From NCBI RefSeq assembly GCF_964194025.1, contig NC_134472.1, forward strand, positions 57,288,001-57,352,000: 64,000 bases of DNA, read 5' to 3'. Below, piece after piece: positions 54,131-64,000 of this stretch. The translations under genes were made by a program, and so were the position numbers. Within the stretch, counting starts at the first letter, position 1, and every line of letters starts with the position of its first letter. The notes beneath the pieces were generated by a model that was not told the DNA's origin, did not search any database, and saw only the letters and a program-made list of their open reading frames with translations. This stretch comes from Convolutriloba macropyga. Lineage: Eukaryota.

Positions 54131-57048
54131 ATGTTACTATGTCTTTTACAATAAAATTTTTTAGCGGAAAAAATTGTTTCTGGATCTTATTAAAAAATTT
54201 TCCTTGCAAAAAATTTTTTCTATCGTGTCTCTGTATCTGCAAATAAGTTTCGCTATATTTCAACTGTTGCTATCCGCAGCTTATGGCGTTGCGCCTCCAC
54301 TATTTTTCTCCCAGTGGTGTTGAATTGTTATACAGAAAGAGATCCCGCACTGTGTGATCTGTAGCATACCTAGTCTAAATTTATATCGTTAAATAACTGA
54401 TTTTAGCAAAATATCATAAATTGATTTTGTAATGCAACATTAAAGACAGCAGATTAACAGTTATAACAGCGGAAAAAGGAACCGTGTTATCCGGTATTGT
54501 TTGCAAGCGCTAAAACAGACGGCGTGTTGTAAATTTTTTGGTACGAAACATTGAGGGAGCAGCAATTACAGCTATGTTACAGCAACCTCAATCCTAAAGC
54601 AACCCCTTAAGAAAACCTGCAAAAATTTTTGAACGTAAGTCAGACTCTTGTTACAATCTGATGTTTTTAGTGGCAGGCCCTCTTCAAAGAAATTTAGTGT
54701 CGTGAAACTGAAATAAATTTCTCACCATTATATCCTATTCAGACAAAAACAAAAAACATCCACTTTTTATATTTCTCCCCTGCATGAAATTCATTCAACG
54801 TAATATATCGAATTTTTCCAAAAATTAGTAAGCAACAAACAAAAACGTATTCTTATGTTAAACAGCGTTCATCTGTCGTCTTGAAACTCAACCGTAAGGA
54901 TCATTGCTGAAACTCTTTAATAACAAACTAAGGCGACTTGTTCGAAACTATGAGTAGCAAAGAATGTTTTGTTGGCGCCTATTCAAACCATCCACAAGAA
55001 CCATCAGAGAGCATAAAAAATTGAAAATGAAAAAACTTGGAATATTTCAAAACTCAAAAATGGTCAAAACTTAAAAATTTTACAAGTTGAGAACGAAAAT
55101 TTGCACCCCCCACAATTTTTGGAAGGAAAAATTGAGGAACCCCAGGTTAGAGCACGCGGTTAGGGTGACTTCCGGGCTACATATGGACGCAACGGACGCT
55201 ATTGCATCAGACCCACGAGTGTGGATATAAGCACTTGTATGGTGCAAACTGGCCTTCTTGATACTTTGGTATTTATTGTTAATTTTCTTAAGTTGTTTAT
55301 TTTGTGATACTTCAGTTGATCAAAAAAATGAAATACCGTACATTTGAAGCATTTAGAACTCCGGAATAACAATCCGTGCTTATGTCAACAAAAGAAAATA
55401 TTGCAGTAATTTGACATTTGCTATATAAACAATGATCTAAATAACTTTTTTGATTAACCAATCAGAAACAAGCAGCAATGTTGTTCTAAACGGTATTTGT
55501 TTGATTGTTTACTTCAACCGTATTATTTGAATAGCGAAACCAGATTGTATTTGGAACCATTAGATTTTGTTACAAAGAGCAGTTGGCTCTCAGATTGGAC
55601 TAAAGTTTGATTCTTTAACAACCTTGGTCTTTTTTGCTAAGCTTTGCTTGATCTTAAGATTTTGCGAGTTTTAAGATACTTGAGCTTACTTAACGAGTTA
55701 GTAACATTACTAACATTGGGTAAAGGACTTTCTTAACTTCAATCAACAAAATTAAAGTCAAAGTCCTTTAAACGTACGAGCGACTAATTATTTCTACGAT
55801 ATCATTATACAATTGGATTTAGTGAAAAATCAGGCCGGAGTAAATTTTCAGAACCAGGCTGTGATATATAGGATGAGATTCTTGAGCAGCTGCAACATGT
55901 TTCAACATACATATGAAGTTTGTCAACACGGTTTCTTTGTTTTGAGAGTGAAAATGAATTTGACTATCTGTTTGCGAAGCTCAAATTGTAACAATTATTC
56001 CGCGGTAAGCTTGAATACGATATCTGAAACTGTAACACCCGCATGTGATCACAATCATTTTGAAATTTATAACAATCTTTCACAGAAACTTGCGCATCAA
56101 CTTGAGCAATAGGTCGCAAACGATTTCATCTGAAATGAATATTGACAGTAACTTGCGAAACAAATGGCTGGGATCACATCAAATGCAAGAAATAGCAAAT
56201 GATTAACGGAATACATATGATCTGGATGATTACTTAAAAACTCGGAAAAAAAACAAAAAATAAAAATGTTAAAGTTACTGCTAGGACTAGTCAGGTTCTC
56301 TAAGTTATATCTAACTCATAAATATATCTACGTCTAAGTTATAAGTTTTACGATTCCGACTGTATCTGGATTCAGCTGATAATTTATGACAAAACAAGTT
56401 ACCCAAAAACATGAAATCATCCAATTTGACAAATATTCTCTTTTTGTCTCTAATTTATTTTCAAATTAATTTTATCTCATGTCTATCTTTAAGGTTTGGA
56501 CGTTTCCCAAGTTAGAACAATTCAAATCGAAAAATTTTTCTTGTCAAAGATTAGGTGATAGTCGGAAAAAGGGGAGCAAATTTAAAGTTTGAAATCATTC
56601 TCACTGAATTAGTTAAAGTGTTGTATGTTAATTGACTCACTAGTGAATTCACTTTGATAATTTAATAAACATTGCATTCAAATGGAGAAAATGAGTTTAA
56701 GTCAACTAAGCAGCAGCTGAGAAAATTATAGAGTTGAGGGAGATATAATTTCTCTGGGCTCTTTTCCTAAAATGATTATTTTTGGTGTGCTTTCAGTTTG
56801 AAATTTCCCGTATTTAATCAATTCAGCTAGCTTTGGATCAAATAGAACTTCGAGAAAAATAACTTTGACACGCCTCTGACATTTTTTTTAGTTTTAGAGT
56901 TTCAGGCTCTGAGCAGAAGACACTTGGATTGTCTACAAAGAGAATAACTTCGGATTACTTTGCATTCAGAAAGTCATTAAAGAAAAAACAATAGCGAGGA
57001 AGGAAAAGCCACTTGTTGTATTAAGCCCATAAAGCTACGTTTAGTGGG

Positions 57049-58230
57049 AAGAATCCGAGTTAAATGCTTTAAAAAAACTATGTTTTTAATGTTCTGCACA
57101 CATAGGTTTTTGCTCACTTTGCACTACTTTATTTTTGAAGCAAAAATAGCATATCAATTTTTATCAGCTTATTGTTCCGACCTTCTTGAGGGGGGAGGAA
57201 TTATATACTCAAATGGGTTTTTTGTTCAGTCAACTTTGGCCGATCGATATATTCACCGTAGAGAGTTGAGACTGGTATAATTAGAAAGCTTGTCCAGCGT
57301 AGAATATGGAATTAAAAAGATTTTTTTATTTTAGTTTTATACAGGGAGTTATCGAGATTTAAACTTTAGAGAAGGTAGGATAAATTCCGTTGATTTTATT
57401 CACATTTTCCGGAATTTTCGCCAATTTTTACTAAAATTTTGCCAATTTTGCTAAAAAATTGTTAATTTGTTTTGAAAAAGTGTTTATTGATATTATTTTT
57501 AAACACAAAAAAAATTCTTGGCTACTTTTTGATTTTTTTGTCAAAAATTCTGGCTAAATATCTCAAAATCCTCAGTACTTCATCAAAAACAGCACGAAAC
57601 AAGTTACTTTAGTCCCCTTTGATTAAATTTACAGAAAGAATCCGAGTTAAATGCTTTTAAAAAACTATGTTTTTGCTGTTCTGCACACATACGTTTTTGC
57701 TCACTTTGAACTACTTTATTTTTGAAGCAAAAAAATAGCATATCAATTTTTATCAGCTTATTGTTCCGACCTTCTTGAGGGGGGAGGAACTATATACTCA
57801 AATGGGTTTTTTGTTCAGTCAACTTTGGCCGATCGATATATTCACTGTAGAGAGTTGAGACTGGTATAATAAGAAAGATTGTCCTGCGTATAATATGGAA
57901 TTAAAAAGATTTTTTTTATTTTAGTTTTATACAGTGAGTTATCGAGATTTAAACTTTAGAGAAGGTAGGATGAATCCCGTTGAATTTATTCACATTTTCC
58001 GGAATTTTCGCCAATTTTTACTAAAATTTTGCCAATTTTGCTAAAAAATTGTTAATTTGTTTAAAAAAAGTGTTCATTGATATTATTTTTAAACACAAAA
58101 AAACATTCTTGGCTATTTTTTATTTTTTTTTGTCAAAAATTCTGGCTAAATATCTCAAAATCCTCAGTACTTCATCAAAAACAGCACGAAACAAGTTACT
58201 TTAGTCCCTTTTGATTAAATATACAGAAAG
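57049..58230 (+). repeat. Tandem duplication of ~587 bp (57049-57635 / 57636-58230)
   Basis: Both units start AAGAATCCGAGTTAAATGC and contain ~120 bp of flank plus the 5' end of HINE copy 5; AAG microhomology at the junction. Confidence 0.95.
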
Positions 58231-59910
58231 TACACTCCTCAAAGTCACTAACACTTTCTTTGTAGACTCAAAAGGGGCTATTTGTACTTCAACTTCCTTT
58301 GCGAGTGCTCCGTAATTACAACTTTGCTGTTATTAGCTAACTTTATTCGTTGATTATCAAACATGCGGCAATTAATATCGATTTTCTAACCAACAAAATA
58401 TCTATATCTATAACACTCGAACAATTTAGTGTTCCTAATTGACAAACAACATTAGCATGGTTAGTTTTGGACCAATCTTGGACTGTTACAATCCGAAAAT
58501 AATTGGGATTGTAATCAGTCGGTCTTTTTATAAAAAAAATCGATCTTTGTTATATTGATTTAAAATAAGAAAGTTTCAAATCAAAGCTCACTCATAATAG
58601 GTCTAAACGATTCCCAATTAGCTTCAAATTTGTCTGTCTAATTCATTACTCGAAAGCTTATGGTCGTTTTGACTACTAGATTTAAAGTTTTCTTTTATTT
58701 TTAGGTATTTGTCCATTTTTCACAATTTCTAATTTTGTCTCATTATTACGCTATTGACAGTTCTTATATCTCATTATTGATGTTCAAAAACGGGCACTAT
58801 TGACATTTTTATAATCATTAAAGATATAGATTAAGGTTTTAACAGCTCCGACACTACTTTCTCAAAGAATTTAATTGAATTTTTCTTTTTACTTTGTCTT
58901 TTTAGTTGTATGGAATTTCATGTACAGTGACACGGTTTCATTGGCCTTTCAAACAATTGATTTGGAAAAAGGAAAAACACGTTTCAACTTCACAATTATG
59001 TTCCTTTTTTTTCTGTTAACTAGTCTCGATAACTACAGGCTAAATATGACAATATTGTTGTCCAGAAAAGCTGTCAAAAGGCATTGGTGTCACAAAATTT
59101 AATGTTTTTTGAGAACTCGTTACGAATTTAATTTCTTCGAATCGGGTTTTCCACAAAAAAAAACAATATAATTTTTATTTTGGTCGTATTTGACGTGGTT
59201 TTTGTAGACTTAGGACATATTCGGGATAATTGCAGGTCACAAATGCTTCCTTTGGAAGATTAAACGAACGTTTTTAATTATTTCATTTCGTAATTATTGG
59301 CTTTCATCTCTTTGGAAACAATTTTATTTTCAAAAAAAACACGTATTACATAATTTCGCCTTTATCTTTTTGTATACTTGTTACCTAGTTTCTTTAATGA
59401 GAGGTCACATAATACTTTATCGGTGTTCGACGAAGCTTCAATCAATCTTGAGGGCCAAAGTATGGCTTTACGGCTTCGAAAGCTTTTTCTGGCAAGTTTT
59501 AACTGATTTTTTGTTTGTTGTCAATTTGTTGTTCCTTTTGTAACCGCATAAAAAATTGAATACCGACAGTTGTTAATTCCCTTCTATAAAGTATTGAAAA
59601 TCGTAAACCCTTGGGATTTTATTTTGATTTCCAATGGTTTCCATTACTTTGAAATTGTTTTTTTTTTAATAAGCTCTTTTTCCCACCTGTTTTCATCTGT
59701 TTTCAACTGTTATTGTTTTTTACTGTCTAATTGTTAGCAAGTCTTTTTTTACTGGTCAGTTTTAGCTGACACTACTTTGACTTTGTTATTAAGTTTTGTT
59801 TTTAAAACGCACATCTATTTATTCCACATTTGGTAGGCAATTATGCCAAAATTGTGCATGAGCGGGGTCGGAACTTTATGTGCGATCGCACATTACCGAG
59901 CATCCTTGTT
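57169..59910 (+). mobile_element. HINE/DINE-1-like element family A, copy 5 (5' end duplicated)
   Basis: 5' TTATTGTTCCGACC at ~57169 and ~57758; 3' GGGGTCGGAAC (59864-59874), ATGTGCGATCGCACAT (59878-59893), CCTTGTT end; body co-linear with copy 4. Confidence 0.85.
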
Positions 59911-60544
59911 GTTCTTACGTAGAGCAAATTTTCAAATGTTTTTGGTGAGAATCAAGCAATTCTTTTGGTCAATTGTCCTGTACAAAATCAATGACTTTGC
60001 GTTTTGGGGCAACATTCGCTGGTCTAAATTCATTTGCCAAAAATCTCGGATATGGTGAAGTGGCTACCGAGACGAGAAAGATTGGGGCCCTTTTTTCGTT
60101 CTTTCTCTCTTATTCTTAGTGGGCAGTCTGACCGTCCTTTTTAGATTGCAAAACTGAACCAATTGGAACAGATACGTCAACTGGTCAATAATTATTTTTA
60201 GGCGAACCTTTTATGTATACCATATGGACTGCATTTTGTATGAAACCACCTGTTATTGAAAGTTCATTTTCAGGCGTTAAAAAGTTGAAGCTCGTTTAAA
60301 ATTATATGCATGTTGATTATACACAGCCGAATGCTTATAAAACTTATTTCAAATTTCTTTCTTTTGTTCTGCGACTGGTTTCTCACCACCTTGTTGAACA
60401 AAAAAAAAACAAAATTAATTTCACCGCAATCAGAAAATCCTCTCTTACTGAAAGATAATCGCCGCTGGAAGATAATCCTCGGCGGACACAAGTAGGTTGA
60501 CGTTTGATCCTTTTACATCAAGGAAATGTTGAAATGCTCCAAGA

Positions 60545-60602
60545 GTGTGCGCGCGATCTGGGTCTGATAAGAGGTCACTTAGGGATGGCACCTCAACCTG
60601 GG
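60545..60602. mobile_element. MITE family B terminal fragment
   Basis: GGTCTGATAAGAGGTCACTT unit followed by GGATGGCACCTCAACCTGGG|ta. Confidence 0.7.
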
Positions 60603-60959
60603 TAGTTTTTGTCGAGTTAACTTAATGTAGTCTGTGTACAGGTTTCACTTTTACAAATTGATAATGATTGACCATGATTTAAAAAAAAAACTATTTGTTT
60701 GCTAGCAAAGAGCAATCTCAAGAGATGAATACAAATTCAAAACCAAAATCTGAAATAATAACCACTGAAACAAAATTTTTAACATTATAGCCAAATAATA
60801 ACACGGAAATCAGTTTTTTTATTATAAACGATCGTTTTGGTTCGTCATTCTTCACAGTGTACATAGAAGAACAAGTAAATTAGATAAGCTACTGTAGATT
60901 TAGGTATAGTTTTGCAGTTTTGGAGTTTTCTTAGAAGGCGTGTGTGCTTTTGCAATCCA

Positions 60960-61328
60960 TCATTCCTTTAGTGCAATGTTGATTACCTCTCCATTCATGT
61001 GCTTTTCCCAGAACATGACCATTGCTTGAATATATTGATCAGATCGCAACTCTACCCAAGAGTCGAATAGTTGGTTTCTCCATATCAATATAAAATCATG
61101 CTTCTCAGTGTTAAATTGAAGAAGGATATCTTTGATCACGTAATTGTAAAATTCATCGAATAAATTCAACGAAAGACGTGCTCCTGCAACGTGATGTATT
61201 CTGTTGTTCTCATGCACGTATAAGAAGGTCTTGAGATACACATATTCCAAGAGCCTCACGCCTTTCATCTGTGTGTGCAGCACCTTCAAAAAGATTGTAC
61301 GTGCCTCTGGTATGTCTTCAGAACCCAT
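60960..61328 (-). CDS. 122-aa ORF with possible PB1-like (ubiquitin-fold) domain
   Basis: Stop-free, ATG-initiated, protein-like composition; FILIWRNQLFDSWVELRSDQYIQAM resembles the PB1 OPCA pattern (L.Y.D..GD.V.L.SD.DL..A). Visual match only. Confidence 0.4.
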   Translation of the reverse strand: MGSEDIPEARTIFLKVLHTQMKGVRLLEYVYLKTFLYVHENNRIHHVAGARLSLNLFDEFYNYVIKDILLQFNTEKHDFILIWRNQLFDSWVELRSDQYIQAMVMFWEKHMNGEVINIALKE

Positions 61329-62084
61329 TGCTTCATTTTATCCAACGTCAGCCAAAAAGAAAATGAAAGGTCGTTTGCACCAATACTGAAAATTCACACT
61401 TTTTTGCTGTAGATCCGCGAAATTGGCCGACTCGAGTTTTTGTTACGCCCGATTTCCCTAATGTTGATTATCGTCCTGCAACCAAGGCCTCGTTAATCAA
61501 TTAGTAGGTTTCTTTTTGTTGCACTCTAGGGTGGCAGCGGTCAATAAATCGAAAGGAAAGTTAATCGAAAAGGCTAAATTTGGCAAGAATTGGGACAGTA
61601 GCAAACTTTAATTAAAATCTGTATTTAGAAACTGCTAAAACCGTATTTACGGCCAAATTTTAATGAGCCATGAAACTATCACAATCGAACAAATGAACAA
61701 ATTATCATGGCCGACTAAGTTATGAGCAACCATCGAGTATTCTTTAATACTTATCTCAACTTATCGACTTATCGACCCTATTATTTTGCTTTCGATCTAC
61801 AATCCCAGCCCCAGTCTAGATCTTTGCTGAAAGCACTTGCAACAATTCAGAGAATGCTGGACGTTGATTAATAGTCTTTAGGAATTGATTGCATCAGAGT
61901 TAAATTGAAGTACAGGACTAAGAATATTCCGCCAAACAGCCGGCCTAGTTTGCGTATATCAGTTTCTTTCCGTAAAATTAATTAGGGGACAGTTTGAGCA
62001 ATTAGATCGAACAGACTTGCGGATCAATTAGTCAACTTCTCATCGTTCGAGTTGGCAGAAAGCGCTATTTACAGCCTGCTTACT

Positions 62085-62276
62085 TGGTGCTAGGAAAATT
62101 GGCCGACAGGGCGTTTAGCCGACAAGGAAAAAATGAGAAATTTAGCCGACAGTGTTATCATAATTGGTAATAAAAGTCCACAATTGGTCCATAATTCAGT
62201 AGTTCGGTTTTGATAGATTCATATCAAGTCCCACGGGCCGCTGAGGCATGGCCATGGCCAGCGAGGCATGGCCAGA
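62085..62276 (-). repeat. Small interspersed repeat family C (terminus TGGCCATGCCTCAGCGGCCCGTGGG), minus-strand copy
   Basis: 62211-62254 is the exact reverse complement of 63351-63394; also shares CCAATTT(T)CCTAGCACC with the 63562 copy. Confidence 0.75.
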
Positions 62277-62430
62277 TGCGGTTAAATACGACGAATAGAC
62301 CTTCGTTAAACTAGTTGATGAAAAAACTGTGGTATATTTGTCCGCTTACGAAACAGTGTTTTAAATTGGCCAATCACAGCTTTAGAATAAGCTTTATTAC
62401 TCATTTTACTTAATTTGTTGGTTACACACA

Positions 62431-63342
62431 CAGCAGGATATCTGCTGTATTGAAAACTGGTGTATTGAAAGTGACATTAAATTAAATTCTGACAAAGTAA
62501 CAGAACTGGAGATTTTTAAAGGCGAATACCAACTAGTAGTAAACGATCGGATTGTCCAGAAAGTACGGTCTCAGAAGGACCTTGGAATCATTGTAAAGGA
62601 AAATCTCTCCTGGAACGACCACGCAGAGGAGAGGTGCAAGAAAGCTACTGGTGCATTCTTCCAAATTAAGAAAAACCTTAGATTGAAAACCAGTCAGTTC
62701 TTAAAACTAAGTGCCTACTGCGGGTATGTCATGCCCATTCTCTCATATGGAAGTGAAGTCCTTCTTCTAAACAATGCTGCTACGAAAATGATTGAATCTG
62801 TACAAAGAAGAGCAACAGCGTGGATACTTTCCGACTCTAAAAGTAGCTACAAAAAGCGATTAGAGACTCTAAAGATTCTACCGGTATCCTTATATTTCGA
62901 GATGAATGATCTACTACTCCTCTCTTCCATTGTTACGGGAAAAGTAGATATCAACTGGCAGAAGTACATATCGTTCTCAGATTCGCGAACCAGGTCGTCT
63001 ACTAAAACTCTCAAAATTAATGCAAATGAAAATCTCAAGACTCGGCAAAAGGCGGACTTTTGGTATAGGACATCAACCCTTGCAAACCTGCTTAGTACCA
63101 GTGTTGACTTATTTCACGACACAGAAACTCTGAAAACCCGACTATCAGACATCTACTGGGAATATTTTCTGGAATACTACAACGAACTGACTTCTTGCAC
63201 TTGGCATATCAGATGTGGATGTCCTATTGGTACTTGTTTTGTACAGAAACGACTTAAAACTACTCAAACTGTGACTATTTGAATTGATATGGGTCTAAAG
63301 AACACGTGAGTTTACTCTAAAGTCCATATTATTATTATTAAT
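62431..63342 (+). mobile_element. 5'-truncated non-LTR retrotransposon (CR1/L2-group), C-terminal ORF2 plus (TAT)n tail
   Basis: Frame open from ~62431 to the stop at 63282: QQDICCIENWC...LNSDK, KDLGIIVKENLSWNDH, YVMPILSYGSEV, IESVQRRATAWI, SYKKRLETLKILP; short 3' UTR, then TATTATTATTATTA (~63327-63340). Confidence 0.92.
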
Positions 63343-63350
63343 ATTTTTTT

Positions 63351-63725
63351 TGGCCATGCCTCAGCGGCCCGTGGGACTTGATATGAATCTATCACAACCG
63401 AATAAATTATTACGGCCGAACATAATTAAGTCGAAGCTTCTAATAACACTACTTAAATTATATAGTTCCGATTTCGGTCATTTTTACGCCGTCTTGATGA
63501 AATCTGTCGGACAATTGGCTTGTCTTCTAATTTGTGTGTCGGCTAATACCCCTAGCCCCGTAGGCCATGCCTCAGTGGCCTGTGGGGCTTAATATGAATC
63601 TATCACAACAGAACATGTTATTTTCATAATAACAATTGTGTGTTCTCAAATCTGATTAATGTCTCGTTTTCGGCGAATATTCTCTTCGGCTAGTTTTCCT
63701 TTTGGCCCAATTTCCTAGCACCCTC
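63351..63725 (+). repeat. Two further family C copies (starts 63351 and ~63563)
   Basis: GGCCATGCCTCAG(C/T)GGCC(C/T)GTGGG(A/G)CTT(G/A)ATATGAATCTATCACAAC at both starts. Confidence 0.78.
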
Positions 63726-64000
63726 AGAAATAACAACAGACCGCAGTGTTAATAATTATAATTATTTCAGGCAAAACTCACTAGTAACATGTAACATGGC
63801 CGCTGTATGGCCCACAGTAGAAATTTGGCAGAGAATTAATATAAAATACGATACTAAATTGATTTTTAAGCTCTGATTGGCAAATTTGAAACGGTATTTC
63901 GTAAGCGGGCAAATATAAGGCAGCATAAGACCAATAATGACCAACTATAAGACCAATAGTGAAAATCTCGGCTAAATTTCTAAAAATTCATAAAATTATT

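Overview
AT-rich, repeat-dominated eukaryotic (probably invertebrate animal) DNA with four N-runs (3460-3659, 22257-22486, 22980-23110, 23699-24670). I found no prokaryotic operon, CRISPR array or RNA gene. Main contents: (1) a dead Ty1/copia element (11658-18814, 5-bp TSD GTACC) with a >99% identical 1.5-kb internal tandem duplication and a rearranged 3' end, apparently nested in the LTR of a dead Ty3/gypsy element; (2) a dead BEL/Pao element (~49.9-54.1 kb); (3) a young 5'-truncated CR1/L2-group LINE (62.4-63.3 kb) between two perfectly inverted 44-bp repeat termini; (4) five co-oriented copies of a ~2.4-2.7 kb non-coding element with Helentron/HINE (DINE-1-like) architecture and ~350-bp internal subrepeats; (5) several MITE/foldback and tandem repeat families; (6) repeated local tandem duplications with microhomology junctions. 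The only clearly recognisable non-TE coding sequence is an exon-like ORF for the N-terminal half of a bacterial-type phosphatidylinositol-specific phospholipase C (~47.0-47.4 kb), a candidate horizontally acquired gene. A PB1-like ORF (61 kb, minus strand) is a weaker call. All identities and motif matches were judged by eye; no searches were run.
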